Source of the DNA: Macrostomum lignano
Lineage: Eukaryota
Assembly (NCBI GenBank): GCA_002269645.1
Contig: NIVC01000415.1
Coordinates: forward strand, 248,001 to 312,000
DNA: 64,000 nt
Reading direction: 5' to 3'
Made by a program: the position numbers and the translations under genes. Within the stretch, counting starts at the first letter, position 1. Every line of letters begins with the position of its first letter. The notes beneath the pieces were generated by a model. The model had not been told where the DNA came from, did not search any database, and was given only the letters and a program-made list of their open reading frames with translations. This document shows positions 13,105-36,000 of the stretch, in pieces.

Positions 13105-13208
13105 AACAACAGCAACAACAGCAACAACAACAACAACAACAACAACAACAGCAACAACAACAGCAACAAGAACAGCAACAACAACAGCAACAACAGCAAC
13201 AACAACAA
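13083..13208. repeat. (AC)n followed by (AAC/AGC)n microsatellite
   Basis: Carries the same variant unit (aacaagaacagc) as the array upstream of the LINE fragment. Confidence 0.95.
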
Positions 13209-14187
13209 ACTACGCAGCCCCGCAAGCAAAGTCGCCGCTCTGCGGCGCGCTCTCATGGCGCGCCGCAGAGCCTGAGAGCGGACGAAGTAGCTGCCCCGTT
13301 GGCAGTGCGGACGCCCCGGCGTCGCGTAGGAGACAGTCCACGCATCGACTTTTGCAACGATATTTCGAGCTACTAATTACTCACTAAGATACATTCATTA
13401 CTGCTGTGTGCAGACGAAGCCGCCAGAGCTTCACGTGTACACAGGGTGGCAAAAAATGCAGTAAAAGCCATTGCTAATAGCGCCCAGCTGTTCACGAAAA
13501 GCACCTGACAGACTTTATTCGTCTTTTTGTTTTTAATAGCTGCAACTGCGGTAAATTCGAAGAAAACGTTTTTTAATTCTTACCTTGGATACTGCTAAAT
13601 ATAAATTCGAACTTTCGATCCAGTTGTTTTTTTGGTTTTTTCTTCAATTATAAACTCACTCTCTTGCTTCTTAAGGCTACATGTTCGTAATTTATTTATT
13701 CGAATGGCGAATAAAAACTCGAAGATCAGTTTCGTGCCTTGGCAGAACCCGTATAATTGGCTGCAACGCCTCATTTGGTTCCTGTAGTTCGAAGAAATCA
13801 AGTCCAAGCAGATTACGGAGGGCCGTAAGTTCATTCTCTTGCAGCTGATTCTCATTGCCTGCAGCCAAGCTAAATGTTTGGATGTAGAAACTCAATTTAA
13901 TTACGCTATATCCTTGAATTCCTGTGCCAAAAATGTGAGAGTTAGATTACATGTTGTGCTTGGAAGCCATGCAGCGGAGTGTACTGCATGTAAATGTAGT
14001 GTTCTAGCCTCGTGAGGTACACGCATTTTAAATATGCATTTGCTCTAAATTAGCATTTTCTCACGTAACCTAACCTCATATTATAAATAAGAATGGCTTA
14101 ACAACGTTTCCTACTTAATTTTGGTTCCATGTTTTTGGAAGCAATGAATAAGTACACGCGTACATATGTAAGTAGGGCGGCAGTTAA

Positions 14188-14953
14188 CTCCGGCGATTTC
14201 GATCTCGCCATCAGCTGTGCCGTCGGGAGGACGGCCGGGTAGCGCACGCCCAGCGCCTTGCGCAGCAGGTTGCGGTGCATCGCGTCCAGGGCCCGCTCTC
14301 GCGTGGTTGTCATCGGGACAGCCTCCATGCTGTAGAGAAGGATCGGCTCTATGGCGGCGCGGAACAGGTGGATCTTCAGGTCGTCCCGCGCTCCGGAGGT
14401 GAAGATCGGCCTGAGGTGGTGCATGGCGCGCCAGGCCTGGGTCCTCCTGTCCACGATGATCGCCTCTGGGCTCATCACGAGGGTGCCTAGGTACCGGAAG
14501 TCGCTGCACATTGAGAGGCATTGAGATGGCCTCGCCATTGGGCAGGGTCAGCGGTTGGGAATTGTCAGCACCCACGTGTAGCACCTCCGTCTTGCCTGCG
14601 TTAATCTGCAGGCCGATCCGGGCGCCTTCCTCGGCGCTCGGATCGAGGTGTTCAAAGCTGTCCCTCAGCGCCATCCTCCGCCGGCGTCGCCAGGCCCTGC
14701 TGGGACACTGCCTGCGGCGGTTCGCCCGCGGCGACGACAACCCGCTCGGACTGGCCGTTCTGCGCCCGCCGGCCGAACGGTTCCGCCGCGGCCAAGGGCG
14801 GACCCAGACGCTCCGAGAGACACTTGTTGCCAACCTGGAGGCAATTGGACTGACCCCCCAGACTGCTGCGACCTGCCCTGCCCCTCTTTTCCGCAATAGT
14901 GTGCGCGCTAGCGCCCCCCCCCGACCCTAGCGTCGTTGTAATGTAATGTAAAA
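14188..14953. mobile_element. RTE-clade LINE 3' fragment with inverted 5' segment
   Basis: Minus strand ~14663->14188 encodes the RT thumb region (GLQINAGKTEV..., frameshift, FRYLG...LLYSMEAVPM...ARSKSPE). Plus strand 14664-14930 encodes the continuation (LSAILRRRRQALLGHCLRR...RRGQGRTQTLRETL...stop), then a (TGTAA)n tail. Candidate TSD AGTTAA at 14182-14187 and 14954-14959. Confidence 0.85.
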
Positions 14954-15733
14954 AGTTAATTGCAACTGCAGGATATGTGATTGCATCAAAGTGGATTCAA
15001 ATCGAGAAAAACTCGAATTAGATATTGCCCAACTGCGGCAAGTCAGATATACATGTAAAATGAGCAGTGATCGATGTAACAAAGTATTCCTTTGTTCAGA
15101 ATAGTTAAGTGCATTTTATAACAACCTTTAACAAAAGCAAGCAGTTATTCATATTTAACTCAGTACATATTTAATATAAGTAGATGTAAGTTTCTAACAA
15201 TGAGGAAATCGAATGAAATTAACACTATATTACGAAATGGTTCTACAGTACATTTGCAGGCATGCTGTTTACAGAAGAAGTAAATAGACTTGAAAATGTG
15301 AATAAACTAGCCTTTAAACAAGCGGTCCTAAGGCTAGTTTAAAGAGGTTTAGACTAACTTCTGTTTTACCGAAACCATTTTAACATTGAAGCAATACAGC
15401 AAGCCCTTGAATCTGAGCAACATGCCAGGATTGATCAACTAAAGTGTATTAAGTAACTCATCAAGAACTATTATATTACCGTGTACATTCACGGAAGATG
15501 ACAATAAGTTCAATACAGCTGACAAAGCACATGTTGAGCGAGAATAGCTATAAAAGGTATGCAGCAAACTAAGCCAGTATGATCCAAATGAAGTATGGTT
15601 TTTAAGACTAAGACTATCCTGTACAATAAGCTCTTTTTTGCAATAAAAAACTTAGGATTTAACTTAGTTTTACTTTCATGAAACACATTTATCCATGGAG
15701 AAAATCAAATTGCATCCCGTTTGTACTTTTTAG

Positions 15734-26741
<11,008 letters not shown>

Positions 26742-27433
26742 AAAACTGCAACGCACAGAAGCGAGAAAACAGGCACGAAAGGATTGATGCTCTCGCCAGT
26801 CTCCACCATCGCCTCAGTTGCCCACACACAATACTCGCAGAAAAGAAGAAGTTAGAATTTCTTCTTCTAGGATTGCGAGTTTGCGGGCTCTGAGCCAGGG
26901 TGGGGGGGGGGGGTGCAGGGCAGATGGAGAAGAAAAGAAGAGAATGAACTGACCGCTCACTCGATTAGCTCGGGCCGGAGAGAGAGGGGGTTGGCCGGCC
27001 TGCTTGGACCAGAAGCTCAAAGAATGATGCCCCGCGGACCCGCCGGACGGCTGGTTTTGGAGGGTCATCGGTCCGGGGGGACAGAGCCGCAGCACTGGAC
27101 TGGGGGGGGGTTCAAGTCCGGCAAGGATTCAATCAATAATTCCAATTTCACCCAAATCCTATAGCTCAGGGCTGGCCCGGTCTCCACTTCTCCATCCATC
27201 CCTCTCTCTTCCCTACTCAGCGTGTGAGCTACTTCTTCATTTTTAGCTCCGCTTCCCTCCCTTTCCGACCCGGCGCGCAGGCTGGTAGGTGGAAGACTGC
27301 ATTAACACCCAACTCTCACCTGACTATCGTTTGTTCACGCACCACACACAGAGAGGGGGTGGCTTGCGCGATAGAGAAATATTTAACTAACTTTCCCATT
27401 GGGACATGTGGCTTTTTCAGACAAAAATAATCC

Positions 27434-28470
27434 ATCTAGATCTGAATCTCACTGCAATCTAGATCTGAATCTCGCTGTAATCTAGATCTGAATCTCACTG
27501 CAATCTAGACCTGAATCTCACTGCAATCTAGATCTGAATCTCACTGCAATCTAGACCTGAATCTCACTGCAATCTAGACCTGAATCTCACTGCAATCTAG
27601 ACCTGAATCTCACTGCAATCTAGATCTGAATCTCACTGCAGTCTAGACCTGAATCTCACTGCAATCTAGACCTGAATCTCACTGCAATCTAGACCTGAAT
27701 CTCACTGCAATCTAGACCTAAATCTCACTGCCATCTATTCCTGAATATCACTGCAATCTAGACCTGAATCTCACTGCAATCTAGACTGAATCTCACTGCA
27801 GTCTAGACCTGAATCTCACTGCAATCTAGACCTGAATCTCACTGCAATCTAGACCTGAATCTCACTGCAATCTAGACCTAAATCTCACTGCCATCTATTC
27901 CTGAATATCACTGCAATCTAGACCTGAATCTCACTGCAATCTAGACTGAATCTCACTGCAATCTAGATCTGAATCTCACTGCAATCTAGACCTGAATCTC
28001 ACTGCAATCTAGACTGAATCTCACTGCAATCTAGACTGAATCTCACTGCAATCTAGATCTGAATCTCACTGCAATCTAGACCTGAATCTCACTGCAATCT
28101 AGATCTGAATCTCACTGCAATCTAGATCTGAATCTCACTGCAATCTAGACCTGAATCTCACTGCAATCTAGATCTGAATCTCACTGCAATCTAGACCTGA
28201 ATCTCACTGCAATCTAGACCTGAATCTCACTGCAATCTAGATCTGAATCTCACTGCAATCTAGATCTGAATCTCACTGCAATCTAGACCTGAATCTCACT
28301 GCAATCTAGACTGAATCTCACTGCAATCTAGACCTGAATCTCACTGCAATCTAGACCTGAATCTCACTGCAATCTAGACCTGAATCTCACTGCAATCTAG
28401 ATCTGAATCTCACTGCAATCTATATCCGAATCTCACTGCAATCTATTCCTGAATCTCACTGCAATCTAGA
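27434..28470. repeat. 23-bp minisatellite (atctagacctgaatctcactgca)n
   Basis: About 45 units. A variant block recurs at 160-bp spacing (27711 and 27871). Confidence 0.97.
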
Positions 28471-29428
28471 AGATCATACTAATAGACTCCTATTCTCGGC
28501 CCAACCTACTATCATTATGCTAGCCTTGATTTAAATCCAGCTTACATGTACATCGCATATGAATCTGGCAAAAAATAAAAATTACAATTCAATCGCAATA
28601 AGATAAGTCTCTGAAGCTGAGAATTGGGGATTTAATAGGAGATAATTCTTCAAAAGCGAACTCCTCACCAACAAAGCCGTAACTTCCAGGTGCAATGAAC
28701 AGAACAATGCCTCCAGTTGCCAACAGGAAGGCAGCAGTGCAATGCTGCCATTGGTTTCTTGGCATTTTGGCTGCGCTGCTTTGCTGCTTTGTAGACTGAA
28801 AGCAGAAATCCTGGAGCAGAGTCCGCAACCAGTTAGCAAGGCTAAATACTCTTCTTCTACAACTGGCTTGAGCCTGATTGGCTGAAACTCTGTGAGCCTG
28901 GCAGCAGCAGGGCGAAGCACGACTGCTTGCTTGAGCTCATAGTGAGGCCTCAAATCCTTCGAATTGGCGTCTGCTCACGCATTCCATATTTTCTATATAG
29001 TGTTTTTTCTCTCTTTTTTCTCCTAGGATTGATTTTCTGCAACTTGCGGTATGCAGAATCGTTTCTTGTTTCGCCCTATACTACAGTATAGCTACCAGCT
29101 TGTTGACTTTGAGAGGGGTTGCGCTGTGCACAGACCGCATGTTCACTGAGTGCATAGGCTGTGCAAATTTTTCTATGCCAGCAGTATGCTTCGTGTATTG
29201 CATTTTGCACTTTAATTTAACGTTTAATTTGAGTTTGAGCACACTGTTAATGATCAGGATGGGAACAATATTCTGGTAACCAGAATAGAAACCCAGCTTT
29301 CAAACTTTCAGGGTCATAAAAAAGCCATAGACGCCACAGCGGCCTACTCTCTTTGCTTTTCGGGGATGTATACTTCGCGAAACCCGCAAGTTCACCCGTT
29401 CACAAAGCTAAAAATCGCAGATTCTCTC

Positions 29429-31008
29429 CAAGGACAACTTGATAACTCAGGACCGGAAACGAGCCAATTCATGGCGAAAAAAGTATGAGGCTCGTTTAAA
29501 AGCATTGTTCTATGGCCCATCCAAAGCTACGAAAGCGAAGAAATCTGAGCTGAAAATTGAATTCTTCGCATGCACTTGCAATTGAGAGAGAGAACTTTTA
29601 TTCTCGCTGAAACTAAATATCATGCCGAGAAAATGCAGCGTCATTTTTTGTTGTGCAAACTACAATAGTAACCGTGATCGGAATTTTGCAGTATTTTCGT
29701 TTCCTAAGGATGTAACTGAACGAGAGGCTTGGCGACTGTCTCTGCCTAATCAACTGACGGTAAGACTTTCTTCAAATGTGCTTTGTGAATCAGATTTAGC
29801 CTGGCCACATGAATTCATTAGCAATTTTGTTGCTGTTTAGACCGTGACAGACTACATGGGCGTGTGTGCTAAGCACTGGCCTCAAGATGCACCAATGATA
29901 AAGGGAAGAAATGAAAGGCAGCTACATGGTTCTGCGGGTTTTCGTTTCACCAAACTATTCCGTGCGATGCTTTCGGTTACACTCACCAGTTGCGGTTCGA
30001 GATCTGCTTGGATTTCAACCAACATTAAAGTAGTGGTCGCAACTTGAAGCTATCATAAATCGTTGTAAAAACTCTACAGTGGACGTCGAAAGTGAGGTGA
30101 GGGCCTTATCTAAGAACCTTTCTATTGCCTTTAACCACGATGGAGTTGTACCGGACACATCAGTTACATTCATCCTGAAGCTACTCGAGTTCGCCACAAC
30201 GCACCCAAACAATCGACGATACGACATTGCCACTATGCGCCAATCTGCTTTGCTTTACCTGATTAGCAGTTCTGCATACGCGCATGCACAGACGCTCCTT
30301 CCTTTGCCCCACCAACGCACATTACGCACTCAGTTGGCTGGTCTAGGAGAGATTGGCACTGAAAATGATGCACACGAGATCGTAAAGGTCACATTTGCCA
30401 AACTGAAACCGCAGCAGAAGTCTTGTGTGTTGATTTTCGATGAAATGTATGTCCAGCCATCGATACGCTATCGGTGCCAACATCTGGAGATGTTCTGGGA
30501 TGCTGCGTGCGCCTCACCAACTGTTTCTTCAAGGGTTATGTTCAACGAGGAGCAACGAGCGCTCCGTCACCGGATAAAGTGCACGATAGAAAAATACTGA
30601 AGCTGAGTGGACAGTGAGCGAACCTGGAGCAAACACTTCACTATTTATCATGGTCAGCTCTTGTCCCGTTCTGTGACTGTTATTTTCCTCTCTGTTTTTA
30701 GTTCAGATGAAGAACGAATCGTAAATTTTTCTCGAGTTTCCGTATACATGTGCTGCATGTACAGCTTTCCCATTGTGTATTTTCACGACGGTAACTTTAT
30801 GTAATAAAACTATTCAACATTTAAGAAAACCGACCCTGCACCCGCCTTCTGACTGCCTATCAAAAAGTCAAATATGATACGCGTATACATTGGCAACTGA
30901 AAGCATGCGCATACGGATGGGCCATAGAACAATGCTTTTAAACGAGCCTCATACTTTGTTCGCCATGAATTGGCTCGTTTCCGGTCCTGAGTTATCAAGT
31001 TGTCCTTG
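29429..31008 (+). mobile_element. Internally deleted P-element (THAP-domain transposase), 1580 bp
   Basis: 94-bp TIRs at 29429-29522 and 30915-31008 (one mismatch seen), CA...TG ends, and an 8-bp TSD ATTCTCTC at 29421-29428 and 31009-31016. Encodes a THAP domain and the transposase N-terminal half. Confidence 0.93.
29622..30600 (+). pseudogene. Disrupted P-element/THAP9-type transposase
   Basis: Exon 29622-29759 (MPRKCSVIFC...FSFPKD...W), an 81-bp GT-AG intron (29760-29840), then ...GVCAKHW, completing the C2CH THAP finger. ORF 30079-30600 has LLPLPHQRTLR and CVLIFDEMYV (first catalytic Asp); the rest of the DDE core is missing. Confidence 0.85.
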
Positions 31009-31062
31009 ATTCTCTCATGTTTCGCTTTAAATCCTTTCTAGTTGACTTTCCAAGATGAAAGC

Positions 31063-31186
31063 GGACCATAGACATTTAATAAAATAATATTCACTATGCT
31101 ACATGTAGGGGGCTCCGCCCCCACACCCCCGCAGGGGACTGCGTCCCCTTGATCCCTCTTTGCACTGCATTCAGTGTCTATGGTCC
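31063..31186. mobile_element. Possible mini-MITE with 12-bp inverted ends (ggaccatagaca)
   Basis: Perfect 12-bp inverted repeats at 31063-31074 and 31175-31186 around a GC-rich core. No TSD found. Confidence 0.35.
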
Positions 31187-31277
31187 ACTGTTTTGTGGGT
31201 TGTATCTCTCGGGATTTAAATAAATACAACTTTAAAAACCCTTAACATATGCCCTAAAAGAAAGTCGACTAAACACA

Positions 31278-32031
31278 AATATAGCATTTTGCAGCCCATT
31301 TGGGCTTACGCGCATTGAATTTAATCCAAGATACGTTTGCCAATGTAACAGAGCTTTTGTCTATGGTAGCAAGGCTGGCACAGCGGCATTTAATTTGGTC
31401 CAAAAAGCATCAATTTGGTCCAAACACTCGTGAGCCATTCGACAAACTCTTGCCTTCTCTCAACCGTCTGCAGGTTGTTGCGCACCGCTGGAATGTCAGC
31501 GTCTCTACCAAAAATTTTCAGTTGCTTTTCCAGAGCTCTGCTGATAGTCGAAATCTGATAGCCAACTGGAGCTGTTCCCTCAACTTCTGTTGCATTTTCT
31601 GAAACGTCAACAAAGGGTTCGTCTCCACTGCATCGAGTAGCAGTTGGACCTGAGGCTCTCGAGCAACTTTCCTTGGCGATTGCCACCCTTTCGCAGGCAA
31701 TCTCTGCCGGCAGAGTTTCAACGCGCTGCTGAATGCTGTAAACCACATTTTCTTTTACATTCAGCAACCTTGCAATGTCCTTTGGGTGTTCACCTCCGTC
31801 GAGTGCTTCGATCACAAGCCAATGACATTCGTTCAACAGCCTAGCATATGGTCCACAATTCTGGGACTGAGCTGCAAATGAACTAAATGACCAAATTGAT
31901 GCTTGTTGGACCAAATTAAATGCCGCTGTGCCAGCCTTGCTACCATAAACAAAAGCTCCATTACTTTGACAAACGTATCTTGGATTAAATTCAATGCGCG
32001 TAAGCCCAAATGGGCTACAAAAAGCTATATT
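31278..32031 (-). mobile_element. Tc1/IS630-like deletion derivative with ~143-bp TIRs
   Basis: Inverted repeats at 31278-31420 and 31889-32031. Between them, a frameshifted minus-strand paired-HTH remnant (GEHPKDIARLLNVKENVVYSIQQR; PRKVAREPQVQLLLDAVETNPLLTFQKMQQKL; ISTISRAL). Ends read TA-TAGC...GCTA-TA (possible TA TSD). No DDE domain. Confidence 0.75.
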
Positions 32032-33093
32032 ACTCTTTTTGATTGGCCTATTCAGAGATTTGAAGTTTGTTTTTAAAGAACTATTCAGCTTCAAAAGACC
32101 TGGGCCTGTGACGCTGCCTTCTAAAGATCCTGACAGAGCGTATTTTGTCGTTGTTGCTTCTGGAGCTACAGAGAATCTGCCATATAGTTCCAAACTACAT
32201 GTAAATAGACAATGTTCGAGCTAATAATCTACACAGCTTTTGATTATAAAAAACAAGTGAAATTAACCTGTACTTTGTTAGCAAAACAGCCACAAACTTG
32301 AGTTTTATTTGCTTTTAAAAGTAAAGCGTCGAACACACTCAGCAACAGGTTAAAGCTTTCGTCTCAAAACCTTAGACGTAACTCTTCACGATCTGCCTTC
32401 ACAGGCTGAGATCTGGGAAAAGTTGATCACTGGTTTCGGGGTGAAAAGTTCCTGATGCTACTGAGTGCATACAGTAAAAAAATGTACGCTAGGTGCAGAA
32501 TCTTCTCCGATCAAGAAGACAGTAAGATGGTCAGTAAAATCACAGTTCAACTTTAAAAAAGAGAAGCTTATCATAGATGTACTACTTATAATAATTAAAA
32601 CACTTGAAATAGATGAGTTTTTTAGACATGAAATACCTTAAGTAAGCTTGCTCCAACATAATGCTCCTTTTAGGTTTCCGTGAATAAAGTTTTGTTCTAA
32701 TAGTTTTAGCATGAACTACTTTGTACAAGATCAGTGGAGTTATAGTTATAAATGGTTTAAAATTCGCTTTAATAAAATATTATGTACATAGTAAAAAGCC
32801 AAAAGCCATATTAGGTACAATCTGATTCAAATAGTCTCATCAAAACTCATTAAAAGTAGCAAAAAACCATAAATAAAAAGTACTATAATTTGAAAGATAT
32901 AGCGTCATGGCTCGCGTTGCTACTTAAAGTAGTAAAAGTAGATATTTTGGCTACAGAAACACGATAGAGCTATTAATAATTTAAGCATTTATTGAGTTTA
33001 ACTACGGCGCCAAGAAATTGAAATAGTTTTCAAACATGCACTTTCAAGTTAATCTGGAATATTCTTAAAGTTTTTAACGAGCGTCAAAGTGAC

Positions 33094-36000
33094 TTATGAT
33101 CGTCTAGTAGCGGTGACAGTGGTCGCTGTTACAATCTCGCCGCGTCCAGCTGTTGCCATAGCAACCAGATCGTCGACGTCGGCCTCGCTGCCAAGATCGT
33201 CGGCATCGTCCGGTCGGCAGGTGTAAATCTGCGCCACCGAGGTGAACTTCGGTCCCCAGGCGGTCAAAAAGTCGTAGCTTTGCGGATCGCCATTGTCGCC
33301 GGAAACGATGGAGTCGAGGTCGTCGGCCACGGCGCCCCGGCCCTCGTACTCGTAGTCGAGTACGCCGTCGAACGGCGTCGGCTGAGGTCCCGCGTCGGCC
33401 AGTGCGAGACGGGACTGCAGCATCGAGTTGAAGTCGGTGCGACTGGACTGCACGTCTGCGAGGTTGATGGGAGTGGAGAGATGATTTTGTGAGATGATCT
33501 TCGGTGTTCGTATTTTGACTTTAAATTCTCTGAAACCATAAGCTCCGAAACCATAGGCTCCGAAACCATAAGCTCCGAAACCATAAGCTCCGAAACCATA
33601 AGCTCCGAAACCATAAGCTTCGAAACCATAAGCTCCGAAACCATAAGCTCCGAAACCATAAGCTCCGAAACCATTGGCTCCGAAACCATAAGCTCCGAAA
33701 CCATAAGCTCCGAAACCATAAGCTCCGAAACCATAAGCTCCGAAACCATAAGCTCCGAAACCACAAGCTCCGACTCCGAATCCAACTCAGTCGATAAGTT
33801 CTGACTGAGAACAGATTACGAAGCAAAATCTTTACATTACAGAATAACAGAAAGTTTAGAATTGGCAACAGTCAGGAGTTTGGCAATCAGCTCACTAGTC
33901 ACAGTCTGCTTCACAACGGTAGTGTCCGAGACGAGTACCCTCAGTTGGGTCATGTCGAAGTTGAGCTTGTCCTCTTGACCTGCAAGCAGCCAAAGAACAG
34001 TGAGCACTTTACTTTGAAGCCCTGAAAATATGTCTAGTGTGAAGCCAAATCCACATCAAAGTAAAGCTACTCACCGCCTCCTTCTTCGTTGTAGTCGATC
34101 ACATTCTCGAACGGGGCATCCAATAGAAGATTTTCACCTTTGCGGCCAGCGAAGCAGCAATACCAGATGAGGAAAGCGACTGTAAAAATGAATAGAAATG
34201 TAGAGACAGACGCGTTAACCGCGAGGCCCGTTGCTCTTTTTACTTGGAGCTAAATGAATAGAAAGTGTCAATCAATTTATAAACACAATCGACATGCTTA
34301 CGTAGCAGAAGCACGAACAGGCCGAGCAACACCAGGATGACAATAAGGCTGGCGCTGCCCAAAGCGAACGCCGCTACGTCGCACCTGTCGCCCTGCCAGC
34401 CCGCATTGCAGGTGCACCGAGGCAAGCCGCCCACCAGTGAGCAGACGCCATTTACGCATGGGTTGGTGTACAGGCAGGCCCCTGCTGCGCGGCACTGACC
34501 GTTGTACAGAATGAAGCTGGACTCACAGCTGTAATGTTAGATAGTGTTTAGTTAATAATAATAATAATAATTGATTGCACCTGCCCCAATTCTTCCAGAT
34601 GTGCAACCGACAGCTCAGCCACAGCTATTCCGGGACGTATCTGAAGGCTGCGTATGGCTGTTCAGTCCAAGGACTGATGAGGGGGGTCGCTACACACAGC
34701 CTCAATTACCCCAGCTAATGTCTTGTTTCTTATTAAGTGTCTTGCTCAAGGACACAAATTGTTCCGGATCGAGAATCGAACCCCCGACCTTCAAGTCGTA
34801 AGTCCGTCGCTCTAACCACTAGACTGCAACAATAGATCTTATCTATTTTATATTTATATATAATCTTTAGCTGCAACCCCCTGTTTAATTAATAAACGTT
34901 ATGACCACAGTTTTGTCTGTGATTAATGATAAACCAATTCTGGTTACTAAACTGGTATTTTTCTCGACCGAGGTTGTCTATGGTAAAACCTCACTAACTT
35001 TATAGACCCGCTTAGAGAACACATCTCTGCTCAAATATACGCAACTATAGGCTAGTGGAGTGTCTTTAATAATATTTTTAAAGACCACCTTCAATAAATT
35101 CGTGAATCAGCCTCCAAAAGCGCACAATCGCTCCGAAATACGAAATACGGCTTCCAGTGAAAATTTCAAGGTTTGCGAGCGTAAAATTTCTTCTTTGGCT
35201 CGTGTTAGCCTTCTAAAGAACGCATGAATAAAGCTTCTCACTCACCCGCAGACAGGAATGAACATCGGTCGCCAGGCAGGCAGACAAACCATAGTAGCTG
35301 GGCAGGTGGCAGAAGCCGGGCACACTGCTGCCAGGTCATTGGCGCAGCCGGAAACAATACTGGAACTGGCACTCATGGTCGCCATGGCAGCGGAATTCGT
35401 TCCTAGGCCAGCTTGGACCGGCAGCCACGCTTCGTCAATTCGAACTGTGCTGACGCAGGTGTCAACGAGGTCAGTGGACGGCGGAGAAATTGAAAGGCCG
35501 GTAGAGTTTGAGGTTAGCTGGGCACCAACGCTGGCCAGGTCGCCAAAAACGATGTAGTTATAATTTGAAGTGAGATTTCCCAGCCGGTAAGCATAGTTGT
35601 AGTCCTCGCCGTTGTCTAGGCTCAGTTCAACATCGCGCAGAGTTCGTCTGACCTGAACCCAGTGCCAGGCTCCATCGCTGACGTTTGCATTCGGCAATAC
35701 AACCTCTCGATAAACGTAGTCGCCCATGTTTTGCACGTAGACTAACTGTGAACGACGAAGCAGAAGCTCCATGTGCTCCGGACGATACGGATCGGAGCTG
35801 GTTACGCGCAGAAGTGTGCCGTCGGTCGAACGAGTGCGGAACTGCACATCTAGTTTCACTCCTTGCTTAGTATAGGCTGCAGTGAGAGCTGATTTTACTT
35901 TCAAAAGCATGTAGCTATTGGTCTTTAACTCGGATACTTCAAGCGGCACACTGCATCGACCGCTAGCATCTTTTCTATAACCACTGTAGCAGACACAGCT

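Noticed and set aside
13595-13895. Short minus-strand ORFs (86 and 67 aa)
   Set aside because: No domain similarity and no convincing splice sites linking them to a gene.
27434-28470. CRISPR-like regular repeats (also other 20-34 bp arrays)
   Set aside because: Head-to-tail units with no unique spacers, no cas genes, and a eukaryotic context.
28582-28953. 123-aa minus-strand ORF upstream of the CUB gene
   Set aside because: No recognisable domain or phase-compatible splice path; the signal-peptide exon at 26657-26741 already completes the gene.
34670-34710. CTGATGAG hammerhead core in SINE copy 3
   Set aside because: No downstream GAAA or stem II, and the other two copies lack the motif.
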